64,000 nucleotides of DNA from Candidatus Eiseniibacteriota bacterium (lineage in GTDB: Bacteria > Eisenbacteria > RBG-16-71-46): NCBI GenBank assembly GCA_041483195.1, contig JBGPFC010000003.1, positions 1 through 64,000 of the forward strand, in the 5' to 3' direction. Numbering within the stretch: position 1 is the stretch's first letter; every line of letters starts with the position of its first letter. The translations under genes were made by a program, and so were the position numbers. Below, piece after piece: positions 1 through 9,345 of the stretch. The notes beneath the pieces are model-generated. The model did no database searches and was not told the DNA's origin. It was given only the letters and a program-made list of their open reading frames with translations.

Positions 1-796
1 CCGCGAGCAGGGCGGCCGCTTCGCCCTGGAGGTGGCCGGTTTCCCGGGAGATGCGGAGTGACTGACGGAAATTCTCCTCGGCGAGGTCCCACTGGCCGAG
101 ACGGTAGCGGATCAGGCCGAGATTCTGGTTGTGCGCCCGCATGCGCGAGTAGAGGCCCTCGCGCTCATCGAGGCGCAGGGCCTGCTCGAGGAACCGGGTC
201 GCCTCGCGCCAGTCGCGCAGATTCTTGTAGACGATGCCGAGATTGTTGAGAGCGGTGACCAGTCCGTCCGTGTCGTCAATTCTCCTGAACGTGGCCGCGG
301 CATTTTGCAGCCACTCGATCGCCTCGCTCATGCGCCCGAGGCGCGCGCTGCAGGTCCCGAGCCGCACACCGACCTGTCCGACCGTGCGATGATCGTCGGT
401 GTCACGCAGAACGCGGTAGGCGTAGAGAGCGTAGCGTCGCCCGTTGCGATACTGCCCCAGCTCGGTCAGGGCGTCGGCGAGACGCGCGGCCACGCCCGCG
501 AGCACCCGACTGTCTCCGAGCCGGCGCGCCTCTGCCCGGGCCTCACGCAGCGGAGTGAGCGCCGCATGGTAGTCCCCGCGATGGATCAGGGCTTCGGAGA
601 GACGCTGCAGCAGCCGGCAGCGCTCGCCCGGCGCATCGGGGCCCAGCTCCCGCAGGGCCGCCGCGTAGGCGTCAGCCGCGCCAGAAAAATTATCGGCGGC
701 CAGATGCAAGTCGCCGATCGCCTCGCGCTGCAGCGTTCCCTCGTGGGAAGGGGGAACGTGAGCCTGAGACAGATCGGGGGGGATCGCTCGCTGCAC
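1..796 (-). CDS. Tetratricopeptide-repeat protein, N-terminal part (runs off the window start; absent from the ORF track)
   Basis: Manual translation from GTG at 796 (GAGG upstream): MQRAIPPDLSQAHVPP...LVTALNNLGIVYKNLRDWREATRFLEQALRLDE...NQNLGLIRYRLGQWDLAEENFRQSLRISRETG. The frame is open to the window edge and shows TPR-like helical repeats. Confidence 0.85.
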   Translation of the reverse strand, partial: MQRAIPPDLSQAHVPPSHEGTLQREAIGDLHLAADNFSGAADAYAAALRELGPDAPGERCRLLQRLSEALIHRGDYHAALTPLREARAEARRLGDSRVLAGVAARLADALTELGQYRNGRRYALYAYRVLRDTDDHRTVGQVGVRLGTCSARLGRMSEAIEWLQNAAATFRRIDDTDGLVTALNNLGIVYKNLRDWREATRFLEQALRLDEREGLYSRMRAHNQNLGLIRYRLGQWDLAEENFRQSLRISRETGHLQGEAAALLA

Positions 797-913
797 TTTT
801 TCGAACCCTCGGTCTACGACACTCCGTTGAGCATTCCGTCGGTTCGGTACGGAACGCCGATCAGGTCCCTGCCTGCACCTTGCCGAAAGCAGCGCCTTAG
901 ATGCTGCGACTAC

Positions 914-1243
914 CTAATGCGCTGCTCCCGGCAGCCATGCCGCCCAGATCCTGCTGATCCAGCGGACCACGTTCATCCAGCCATCCGCGTCCGAGCTGCC
1001 GTCCACTGGCGACGGCGGTGAAATGCCGCCCTGTGGGTAGCTGCCCGGTGACTGCGGACCTTGAGGCGTGTCCGGTTCCCCGCTGGCGGTGCCTGCCGTA
1101 GGCTTCCCGATGCCCGAGACTGTGACAGTCGTCGCAGTTTGCCGAGCGACGACCCCACGCGCCTCGGCCACCGTCAAGACGGCAGCCGTCGCCACCAGGG
1201 CGAGGACCAGCGTGACCAGGAGCCTGCTGCAATGTCTCACCAT
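914..1243 (-). CDS. Small secreted protein (109 aa): signal peptide, P/G/S/T-rich linker containing SGEPD, Trp-rich amphipathic C-terminal helix
   Basis: ATG at 1243 with GGAG upstream; MVRHCSRLLVTLVLALVATAAVLTVAEA is signal-like; C-terminus GWMNVVRWISRIWAAWLPGAAH. Confidence 0.7.
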   Translation of the reverse strand: MVRHCSRLLVTLVLALVATAAVLTVAEARGVVARQTATTVTVSGIGKPTAGTASGEPDTPQGPQSPGSYPQGGISPPSPVDGSSDADGWMNVVRWISRIWAAWLPGAAH

Positions 1244-1378
1244 GCTTTCCCCGCTCCCTCCACGACTGGCGGTAAAGAAACCATATGATCTGCTCCCTTC
1301 GCATGGTCGGAGGAGACCCGCGTGGAGCAACGACTGAGTCGAGGGGACCTGCTAATCAACTAATCTTGCGCCGAAGAA

Positions 1379-1408
1379 ATTATGGGTCCTGGCTGGGTGC
1401 CCGGTCAA
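1379..1408 (-). promoter_or_regulatory. Putative sigma70 promoter for the small secreted protein/TPR unit
   Basis: TTGACC-N18-CATAAT on the minus strand in an AT-richer intergenic patch. Confidence 0.5.
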
Positions 1409-2400
1409 CGACTAACTTCCATCTCCCCGGGGTCCTTGCCCTGTTTCGCCTCCTCGGCGGCGAGGCGCACCAGGCCGTAGCGCAGGCCCTGCGTGGAGCA
1501 GAGCAGTGCGGGCGATGGAAACCTTTCGGCAAGAAGGGACACCACCATGGCTCCCGCCAGAACGATGTCGGCGCGGCCCTCACCCATGATCGGCCAGCTC
1601 ATTCTCTCCCGGTGGGTCGACTCGAGCAGCCGGCGAACTAGGGCGGCAAGCTGGTCCCGGCCCACAGCCCGACCCTCAAGGAGCGCCGGGTCGTACGCCG
1701 CCAATCTCATGTCGAGCGCCGCGAGCAAGGTGACGGTCCCGCCCACCCCGGCCAGCAGTGGGCAACGCTCCGGCATGTATGCACATTGCCGCATAATTAC
1801 ATCCAGGACCTCTGTCCTCAGTCGATCGATCTCTGCCTGATCGGGTGGATCGGAGAGCAGGTGCCGCTCAGTAAGGCTAACCGCCCCAAATGGAAGGCTC
1901 ACCCACCTCCCGGCCTGATCCCCAACCCCGCTCACTACCTCCGTACTGCCGCCTCCGATGTCGAAGACCAGGCAGGAGCTCCTTCGGGCCGATTTGCCGA
2001 GCCCGAGCACCACGGCCCGATAGACAAGTCGCGCCTCTTCCTCGCCCGAGAGAATGCGGACCGGGACCCCGCATCGGGCGCCGATCGCGGCGGCGACCCG
2101 CGAGCCATTCGACGCGCTCCTGAGCGCCGCCGTCGCGCCGAACACGACATGCCTTGCCCCGAGGGCCCGCGCGCGCGCCGCGAATTCGGAGGCGAGGACA
2201 CCGGCCCGCTCCGCGATCTGCTCGTCGATTGACCCGGTGCGCTCGAGCCCGCGAGCCAGCCGGCATGCCTCGCCGGCGCGCGCGACCGTGCTCACCTGCC
2301 CGAAGGGAAGGTCGTCGTCCGAGACATCGGCGACGAGGAGCCGGATGGAGTTCGATCCAAGATCAATTGCACCGACACGCATACCATTAGAGTGGCTCAC
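1405..2400 (-). CDS. ppx: Ppx/GppA family phosphatase (exopolyphosphatase)
   Basis: AIDLGSNSIRL, ATAALRSASN, ILSGEEEARL, DIGGGSTE, GRADI and GLRYG motifs. Confidence 0.92.
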   Translation of the reverse strand: MSHSNGMRVGAIDLGSNSIRLLVADVSDDDLPFGQVSTVARAGEACRLARGLERTGSIDEQIAERAGVLASEFAARARALGARHVVFGATAALRSASNGSRVAAAIGARCGVPVRILSGEEEARLVYRAVVLGLGKSARRSSCLVFDIGGGSTEVVSGVGDQAGRWVSLPFGAVSLTERHLLSDPPDQAEIDRLRTEVLDVIMRQCAYMPERCPLLAGVGGTVTLLAALDMRLAAYDPALLEGRAVGRDQLAALVRRLLESTHRERMSWPIMGEGRADIVLAGAMVVSLLAERFPSPALLCSTQGLRYGLVRLAAEEAKQGKDPGEMEVSR

Positions 2401-2957
2401 AGCAGCCAGTCTTCCATCTGGTCGCTCAGTCTGGGAGTCGAGCGCCCTTCATCGAGCCGAGCTGAGCCCTCCGGGGCCCTCGACGATGGAGAAGCCCCCC
2501 TGGCCTCGAACGCACTTCCATCCCTGGGGGCTCCTGTGGCGGGTTGCGGAACGCTCTCGTGACCGCCACCTCGAGCCGCGCGTCCCGTTCCGCCTCCCTT
2601 CGGGGCCCGCGCGCGCTTCTCTGGCGCCTCGGGTTCCTCGTGAAACGCAGCCGTCCCGAGCCGGGAGGCGATCGCGCCCTCGGGAGAGGCGACGGCCCAG
2701 TCGAGAAGCTCTCGAATACGGGGCTCGTCCGAGCACACCGAGAAGATCATGCGCTTACCCCGTCGGGCTCCACAGACAACCCCCTTCCGCTCGAGCGACT
2801 GCAGGTGGCGCGTGGTGCATGACTGGGACAGCCCGACCTCGACGGCGAGTTCGCTCACGCACAGCTCGGTTCGCATGAGGGTGAGCACGAGGCGGAAGCG
2901 AGAGGCATCCCCGAGGCAGGCGAGAATTTCGCGGGTGCGGGCGTCGGATTCGATCAT
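2397..2957 (-). CDS. ArsR/SmtB family transcriptional regulator with a long disordered C-terminal tail
   Basis: LGDASRFRLV...LCVSELAVEVGLSQSCTTRHLQSLERKGVV winged HTH; 4-nt overlap with ppx; start uncertain (2957 or 2972). Confidence 0.8.
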   Translation of the reverse strand: MIESDARTREILACLGDASRFRLVLTLMRTELCVSELAVEVGLSQSCTTRHLQSLERKGVVCGARRGKRMIFSVCSDEPRIRELLDWAVASPEGAIASRLGTAAFHEEPEAPEKRARAPKGGGTGRAARGGGHESVPQPATGAPRDGSAFEARGASPSSRAPEGSARLDEGRSTPRLSDQMEDWLL

Positions 2958-2971
2958 TGCATGTACATGCA
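2958..2971. promoter_or_regulatory. Perfect 14-bp palindrome TGCATGTACATGCA, probable operator
   Basis: Abuts the ArsR-family start codon in the divergent arsR/rlmN intergenic region. Confidence 0.5.
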
Positions 2972-3045
2972 TATCATTGTCGCGCGTTGACCGCAAGGCT
3001 TTGGCTCTGCTAGCTTGAGCCTGGCCCCGCCGACTCCTGAACCCC

Positions 3046-4110
3046 ATGATCCGAGATCTCCCCACCCCGGCTTTCGACACCCGCCCAAGCTTCTATGGCC
3101 TGACCCGCGAGGCGCTGGCAGACCATTTGGAGACTTCCGGGTCGCCTCGCTTCCGCGCGACGCAGATCTACTCGTGGGTGTATCGGAAGCGGCAGCGCGA
3201 TCCCGAGAAGATGACCAACCTGCCCGCCGAGCTGCGCGGGCGCCTGCGGAATCTCTGCGAGCTCGGCCTTCCCCAGGGCGCGAGCATCCTGGCCTCGGGT
3301 GACGGCTCGACCCACAAGTTCGTGCTTCGGCTGGCCGACGGCGCGCTCGTGGAGTGCGTGTCCATGCGCACCGCGCGGCGGCTCACGCTTTGCCTCTCGA
3401 GCCAGGTGGGCTGCGCGCTCGGCTGCGCCTTCTGCGCCACGGGCCTGATGGGGCTCAAGCGCAATCTGGGCCCCGAGGAGATCGTCTCGCAGGTGGTGGC
3501 GATGGGAGATTACCATCGCTGGCAGGATGAACGATTCAACATCGTCTTCATGGGCATGGGAGAGCCGCTGGCGAACTATCGCGCCGTGCTCAGCGCGATC
3601 CGCATTCTCCATGACGAGCGCGGGCTCAATCTGGGCGCGCGACGCATCACGGTCTCGACGAGCGGCCTGGTGCCCCAGATCCTCCAGCTTGCGGGCGAGG
3701 GGCTGCAGCTGGGTCTCGCCGTGTCGCTTCACGCCACGACCGACGAGCTGCGCGATCGGCTCGTGCCCGTCAACCGGCGCTGGCCGCTGAGCACCCTCCT
3801 GGACGCCGCGCGCGAGTACGGCGAGCGCAGCGGCCGGAGGGTCACTCTCGAGTACACTCTCCTCGGCGGCGTAAACGATAGTCCGGCGGATGCCGACCGC
3901 CTGGGCCGCATGGCGCGCGCGCTGCCGAGCAAGGTCAATCTCATCCCGTACAACCCTGTCCCCGGCCTCGAATGGAAGCGGCCCACGCCCGAAGCGGTCG
4001 ATGACTTCGCCCGCCGGCTCTACCCCCAGGCTCCGGCCGTCACCGTGCGCCGCACGCTGGGCGGCGAGATCTGGGCCGCATGCGGCCAGCTCGGCGGACT
4101 CGGTCCGTAG
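3046..4110 (+). CDS. rlmN: 23S rRNA (adenine-C2)-methyltransferase RlmN (radical SAM)
   Basis: SSQVGCALGCAFCATG (CxxxCxxC), VFMGMGEPL, ITVSTSG, SLHA, NLIPYNP and AACGQL. Confidence 0.95.
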   Translation: MIRDLPTPAFDTRPSFYGLTREALADHLETSGSPRFRATQIYSWVYRKRQRDPEKMTNLPAELRGRLRNLCELGLPQGASILASGDGSTHKFVLRLADGALVECVSMRTARRLTLCLSSQVGCALGCAFCATGLMGLKRNLGPEEIVSQVVAMGDYHRWQDERFNIVFMGMGEPLANYRAVLSAIRILHDERGLNLGARRITVSTSGLVPQILQLAGEGLQLGLAVSLHATTDELRDRLVPVNRRWPLSTLLDAAREYGERSGRRVTLEYTLLGGVNDSPADADRLGRMARALPSKVNLIPYNPVPGLEWKRPTPEAVDDFARRLYPQAPAVTVRRTLGGEIWAACGQLGGLGP

Positions 4111-4200
4111 GCTCGTGGCCGGCATCCCGCGGCGCCGCGACCCATCGCCCGCTCGTCGGGAGCATGCCGCGCACCGCGGGCCGAACCGCGCGTTCCGCCC

Positions 4201-5721
4201 GTGACGCTTCGCGCGCGACTCACGCTGGCGCTCTTCGCGCTTGCGCTCATTCCCACCGCCGTCTTCACCGTGTTCACGCTCATCGAGCTCGGGAGTTCCG
4301 CGGACCGCTGGTTTCGCCCGGGGGTGAATCATGCCCTCGAATCCGCGCTCGAGGCGACTCGCACGACGCTGGCCCGCGTCGAGGCCGTGGCTCTGGCGGA
4401 GTCGGATGCCCTCGCCTCGCGCATCCCTCAAGGACCGCTCGGGAATGCGGACCGCGACCGGCTGCGGGCGGCGCTGCGGGACGCGAGTCTCGATTTCGCG
4501 CAGCTCTACCACCGGTCGGGTGAGCGCTGGACGCTGGCCGAGCAGATCACGCCGCCGGGCGTCATCGCCCTCGACCAGCCGGATCTCGGAGCGGAGATCG
4601 CCCAGGCGCTCGACGCGGGGCGCGTCGTGCACTCGTCGCACGGCGTGCTGGGCGCCGCGGCCCGCGCGGGCCCCGATCGCGTGCTGGTCGCCGGGATCTG
4701 GGTGCCTTCCGATTTCTTCTCGCGCGTCGACGACGTGGGGCTTGGCGTCAGCCGCTACGGCCAGCTCAGCGTGCTGGTCGGGCTTCAGCGCCGCTATGTC
4801 TGGATCCTCGTCACCCTCCTCGTGCTCGTGCTGGCCGGACTCGCGCTGATTCTCGCCGCCGTGCTCGCGCGAGGCATGTCGCGCCCGCTCGGCGAGCTGA
4901 CCGGCGCCTTCGCGCGCGTGGCCGCCGGCGAGCTGACCACGCGGGTCACGCCGAGCGGCGCCAGCGAGCTTCGCACGCTCGGGGAATCGTTCAACGTGAT
5001 GACGGCGCGTCTCGAGGATGCGCGAGATTCCCTCAAGCAGGCCGAGCGCGAGGCGGCGTGGCGAGAGGTCGCGCGCCGTCTGGCGCACGAGTTCAAGAAC
5101 ATCCTCACGCCCATGTCCCTCTCCCTGCACCGCCTCGAGTCCCGTGCCGACAGCGTGCCGGCCGAGCAGCGCGCGGCGGTGCGTGAGAGCGTGGCCGCCC
5201 TCGCGCGCGGCGTCGACCAGCTGACGGCGCTGGCCGAGCAATTCTCCCAGTACGCGCGGCTTCCCGACCCGCGCTTCGAGCCGCTCGATCTCAGCGAGCT
5301 CACGCGCGACGCCGCCCGGATGCACGAGCACGAGGGCGTCGAGGTGGCCATCGAGCCGGGGCCGCCACTGACGGTGCGGGGCGATTCTCTGTTACTTTCC
5401 CGCGCGGTCCACAACCTCGTGCTCAATGCGTGCGAGGCGAGCCCGCGTGGAAGCCGCGTCGAGGTAAGGACGTTTCCCTCCCGGCATCAGGCCGTGGTCG
5501 AGGTCCTGGACCGCGGGCCGGGAGTGCCGGAAGCGCTGCGCGAGCGCGTGTTCGAGCCGTACGTCAGCACCAAGAGGCGGGGCAGCGGCCTGGGCTTGTC
5601 GCTCGTGCGCGACATCACGGCGCAGCACCGCGGCACGATCACGCTGGAGAACCGGGAGGGAGGCGGCGCCTGCGCGCGCCTCGCCCTCCCGCTGCTCGAG
5701 GAGGCGGCCGCAGGGCCGTGA
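4201..5721 (+). CDS. Membrane sensor histidine kinase (HAMP-HisKA-HATPase), NtrY-like
   Basis: Two TM segments, HAMP, AWREVARRLAHEFKNILTP H-box, NLVLNA, DRGPG and GSGLGL. Confidence 0.92.
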   Translation: MTLRARLTLALFALALIPTAVFTVFTLIELGSSADRWFRPGVNHALESALEATRTTLARVEAVALAESDALASRIPQGPLGNADRDRLRAALRDASLDFAQLYHRSGERWTLAEQITPPGVIALDQPDLGAEIAQALDAGRVVHSSHGVLGAAARAGPDRVLVAGIWVPSDFFSRVDDVGLGVSRYGQLSVLVGLQRRYVWILVTLLVLVLAGLALILAAVLARGMSRPLGELTGAFARVAAGELTTRVTPSGASELRTLGESFNVMTARLEDARDSLKQAEREAAWREVARRLAHEFKNILTPMSLSLHRLESRADSVPAEQRAAVRESVAALARGVDQLTALAEQFSQYARLPDPRFEPLDLSELTRDAARMHEHEGVEVAIEPGPPLTVRGDSLLLSRAVHNLVLNACEASPRGSRVEVRTFPSRHQAVVEVLDRGPGVPEALRERVFEPYVSTKRRGSGLGLSLVRDITAQHRGTITLENREGGGACARLALPLLEEAAAGP

Positions 5722-5725
5722 GGAA

Positions 5726-7069
5726 ATGAGCTCCAAGGCGCGTCTCGATGTGCTCGTCGTGGATGATGCGCCCGAAGTCCGCCGTGCATTGCGCGGCGTG
5801 CTCGAGGACCATGGACATTCCGTCGAGGAAGCCGAGAACGGCGAGCAGGCGCTCGAGCTGCTGGAGAGCCACCGCATGGACGCGGTGCTGCTCGATCTCA
5901 ACATGCCGGGCCTTCACGGCCTCGACACCCTGGTGCGCATTCGCGAGATCGCGCCCGACACCGGGGTGATCGTCGTGACCGGCGAGAAGACGACCGAGAA
6001 CGCATTCAAGGCCGCACAGCTCGGCGCCTACGATTTCATCGAGAAGCCGGTGCGGGACACCGAGCACCTGCTGCGCGTGCTGTCCGAAGCGGCCCGGGTG
6101 ACGCGCGTGCGCCGCGCGACGCCCGCGCGCCCCGGCGATCATGGGATCGTGGGCGACAGCCCCGCGCTCGCCACGCTGATGGCGAACGTCGCCCGGGTGG
6201 CTCCGACGCAGAGCCGGGTCCTCATCACCGGGGAGAATGGCTCGGGCAAGGAGCTGATCGCCCACGCCATCCACGCGCTCTCGAAGCGCGCCGGTGGCCC
6301 GTTCGTGAAGCTCAACTGCGCGGCGATTCCCCGCGACCTGGTCGAGAGCGAGCTGTTCGGGTACGAGCGCGGCGCGTTCACCGGCGCGATGCAGGGCAAG
6401 AAGGGGCGGCTCGAGCTCGCGGATCAGGGCACGCTGTTTCTCGACGAGATCGGCGATCTCTCCCTCGAGGCGCAGGCCAAGCTGCTCCGCGTGATCGAAA
6501 CCGGCGAGTTCGAACGCGTCGGAGGGACGCGCACGCTCAAGTGTGACGTGCGGATCATCGCAGCGACCAACAAGGACCTGGCCGCGGCGATCGAGGGGGG
6601 CGAATTTCGCGAGGACCTCTTCTACCGGCTGAACGTGCTGCCCCTCCATGTGCCGCCACTTCGCGAGCGCCGCGCCGATGTCGCACGGCTCGCCGATCAC
6701 TTTCTCTCCGCCGCGTGCGCCGCCGAGAGCAAGCCCCCGAAGCAGCTGACCCCCGAGGCCCGGGCCATGCTCGAGGACTATTCCTGGCCGGGCAACGTGC
6801 GCGAGCTTCGAAATCTCATGGAGCGCGCGGCAATCCTGGTGGACGACGAGACGGTTCGCGCGGAGGATCTCGCCATGTGGCTGGAGGCCGCTCCGGAGCG
6901 CGAGGACGCGGTAGGGCTGCGCGGCGAGATCGAGCGACGCGAGGCGGAGGCCATCCGCAAGGCGCTCGAGAGCGCCGGATGGAACGTGACGCAAGCGGCG
7001 GCCGGTCTCGGAATCGACCGAACCAATCTCCACCGCAAGATGCGCAAGTACGGAATCTCGCGTCGCTGA
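5726..7069 (+). CDS. Sigma54-dependent response regulator (REC-AAA+-Fis HTH), NtrX/NtrC-like
   Basis: REC domain, [35 protein letters not shown] and C-terminal HTH. Confidence 0.95.
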   Translation: MSSKARLDVLVVDDAPEVRRALRGVLEDHGHSVEEAENGEQALELLESHRMDAVLLDLNMPGLHGLDTLVRIREIAPDTGVIVVTGEKTTENAFKAAQLGAYDFIEKPVRDTEHLLRVLSEAARVTRVRRATPARPGDHGIVGDSPALATLMANVARVAPTQSRVLITGENGSGKELIAHAIHALSKRAGGPFVKLNCAAIPRDLVESELFGYERGAFTGAMQGKKGRLELADQGTLFLDEIGDLSLEAQAKLLRVIETGEFERVGGTRTLKCDVRIIAATNKDLAAAIEGGEFREDLFYRLNVLPLHVPPLRERRADVARLADHFLSAACAAESKPPKQLTPEARAMLEDYSWPGNVRELRNLMERAAILVDDETVRAEDLAMWLEAAPEREDAVGLRGEIERREAEAIRKALESAGWNVTQAAAGLGIDRTNLHRKMRKYGISRR

Positions 7070-7252
7070 GGTGTGGCGGGCGCGTGCCACCGCGCGTGGC
7101 GATGGCGCGACGGCACCCGCTCCCGGGTGCGCCCGTGGACTCCGGTTCTGCTTGCGCCGGGGGAGGCGGCGAAGCCGGCCGCGACGCGCATGGACCTTGC
7201 ATGGCCGTGTGGTGAGGAAGCCTCCCCTCACCCGCTTCAACCGGGGGTACTC

Positions 7253-8596
7253 GTGACCCGTCTTTCGAGTTTCCACAAGGCGCTGGCCGTGGCGCTCACG
7301 ATTGGATCTGCGGCGGCTGGATTCGCGGGCGTGCGGCCGCTCGCGGCCGCAGCCCCCCCGCGCTCGAGCGCGGCGGATTCTTCGCTCGAACGCATCCGAT
7401 TCACCCCCCTCGAATCGGACTCGCTCGGGCTCGAATCGAGTGCCGACGACCACGCCGGGGTCAGCTTCTCCGAGGACGAGTGGTTGCGCGCGCCGTTCGG
7501 GGATGACCTGCTCACCGATCCCGATGAGTGGAGATCCTCCTCGGTCCGCCCGATTCGGTCGGCCCTGAACGTGGACTACAACCGCGTCGACCGCCTCCGG
7601 CTGGGCATCTCGCTCCAGGCGCAGAGACCCGAGACCTTGGGCCCGCGCCTCGGCTCGCGGATCGAGTACGCCTTCGGTCGCGATCGCGTCCTCTACGGCG
7701 TCCAGCTCGAACAGCCGCTCCTCCCGCCGGGGCGGCTCGCGCTCGGAATCTCGGCGGTGCGCCGCACGGACCACAGCGAGCTGCATCAGGTGGACGACCG
7801 CGAGAACAGCCTCGCGCTGCTGTTCGGCCGGCAGGACTACCGCGACTACTTCGAGCGCGAAGGCTTCGGAGCCTACCTGTCGTGGCGCGTTCCGGATTTC
7901 TCCACGGTGAGCGTCCACCTGCGCAGCGACCGGTACCGCTCGCTGCCGGTCGACCCCGGGACGCGATCGTGGTTCCAGCGCGACCGCCCGCTGCGCGCGA
8001 ACCCGCTCGTGGACGACGGCACCGAGCATTGCGTGCTCCTGAGGCTCGAACGCCTCGCCCACAGCACGAGCCGCACGCGCGCGGGCTTCTACCACTGGAT
8101 CGAGTTCGAGCGCGCGGGCGCAGGGCTCGAGGGGGACTTCGACTACGAGCGCGCCCTGGCCGACCTGCGCAACGTCCTGCGCCTGAGCCCCGGGACGACG
8201 ATCGCGTTCCGGATCGTCGGCGGCCACACGCCGAGCGGGACCCTCCCGCGACAGCGGCAGTTCACCGTGGGCGGCGTCGATGGACTGCGGGCCCACGAGT
8301 TCTCGAAGTATCGCGGCGACGAGATGGCGCTGGCCCAGGCCGAGTACTCGATCGGGATCTTGCCGGCGCGCGCGCCGTTCCTGGAGAGCGGGTTGCACGC
8401 CCTGGCATTCGTGGATGCCGGCCGGGCGTGGCTCAATCCCGACCACGTATGGGACATCGGGCGCCAGCAGATCCAGGCGGACGGCGGCTTCGGCCTCGGA
8501 CTCGCCGAGGACAATCTTCGCGTGTACTTCGCCCGGGATCTTCAGAACCCGGGCTCCCCCTTCGTGATCAGCCTGAGACTGCAGCGGCCGTTCTGA
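7253..8596 (+). CDS. Outer-membrane beta-barrel protein, Omp85/BamA-TamA-like
   Basis: Signal peptide after GTG 7253; YNRVD; GGVDGLRAH (VRGF-like); FVDAGRAW; C-terminal Phe. Confidence 0.7.
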   Translation: MTRLSSFHKALAVALTIGSAAAGFAGVRPLAAAAPPRSSAADSSLERIRFTPLESDSLGLESSADDHAGVSFSEDEWLRAPFGDDLLTDPDEWRSSSVRPIRSALNVDYNRVDRLRLGISLQAQRPETLGPRLGSRIEYAFGRDRVLYGVQLEQPLLPPGRLALGISAVRRTDHSELHQVDDRENSLALLFGRQDYRDYFEREGFGAYLSWRVPDFSTVSVHLRSDRYRSLPVDPGTRSWFQRDRPLRANPLVDDGTEHCVLLRLERLAHSTSRTRAGFYHWIEFERAGAGLEGDFDYERALADLRNVLRLSPGTTIAFRIVGGHTPSGTLPRQRQFTVGGVDGLRAHEFSKYRGDEMALAQAEYSIGILPARAPFLESGLHALAFVDAGRAWLNPDHVWDIGRQQIQADGGFGLGLAEDNLRVYFARDLQNPGSPFVISLRLQRPF

Positions 8597-8612
8597 CCGG
8601 CGGACTCCCCGC

Positions 8613-9314
8613 GTGCTCCCCCGCCCATCCCACCTCCCGCCCGCATCGCGCGCCGGCTTCGGGCTCGCGCTGCTGCTCGTGGCACTCGCCATGTCCGCGG
8701 GTTCCGCGGCGGCGCTGGACGTCGAGGTGGCCGGGACGCACGAGCGGGGGGGGTACGTCTGGGCCGATGTGCGCCTCGACGAACCGTTCTCGCCCCGCGT
8801 CGAGGAGAGCCTGTCGCGCGGGATGCCCGCGACCCTGGGCCTGCATGCCGAGCTGTGGCGACGCCGCAGCGCCTGGTTCGACCGCCTCGTGAACAGCTTC
8901 GACGCCGAGCTTCGCATCCGCTTCGACGTGTGGAGCCGCTCCTACCGCCTCGAACGCCGGGGCGTCCCGCCCACGAACTTCGCGTCGCTCGACTCGCTCG
9001 CGGCCGCTCTCGCGCGCCCGGTCGAGCTGCGAGTGGGCAGGGTCGGGCAGCTCGACTACGGAGCGCGCTACTACGTCGCCGTGGTCGCGACGCTCAAGCC
9101 CCTGAACGTGGAGGACGTCGAGGAGATGGAGGGATGGCTGTCGGGCGAGGTCGAGAAGAAGCGAGGCTTCGGCATCATCACCGAGCTTCCGCGTTCGGTG
9201 TTCGATGCGGTGCGCAACTTCGCCGGCTTCGGGGATCAGAAGGCGCGCGCGATGTCGCCCGACTTCGAGCTGCGCACGCTGTTCTCCGACGCCGCCCCGG
9301 GCTCGGGGCGATAG
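8613..9314 (+). CDS. DUF4390-like exported protein
   Basis: Signal peptide; SLSRGMP, W-F-D and RFDVWSRSY pattern; context next to an NtrY/X-like pair. Confidence 0.65.
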   Translation: MLPRPSHLPPASRAGFGLALLLVALAMSAGSAAALDVEVAGTHERGGYVWADVRLDEPFSPRVEESLSRGMPATLGLHAELWRRRSAWFDRLVNSFDAELRIRFDVWSRSYRLERRGVPPTNFASLDSLAAALARPVELRVGRVGQLDYGARYYVAVVATLKPLNVEDVEEMEGWLSGEVEKKRGFGIITELPRSVFDAVRNFAGFGDQKARAMSPDFELRTLFSDAAPGSGR

Positions 9315-9345
9315 CCCGCCCAGGCGCCCGGGCGAGGACGGTGGG

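Noticed and set aside
131..1021. 296-aa plus-strand ORF
   Set aside because: It is the antisense shadow of the minus-strand TPR gene, which has recognisable repeats and an RBS.
7185..7201. Possible sigma54 promoter (GCGCATGGACCTTGCA) downstream of the sigma54 activator
   Set aside because: The -12 TTGC is present but the invariant -24 GG is missing.
3010..8917. Very long minus-strand ORFs (773 aa and 1092 aa)
   Set aside because: They lie antisense to rlmN, the two-component genes and the barrel gene. High GC suppresses stop codons and no protein motifs are visible.
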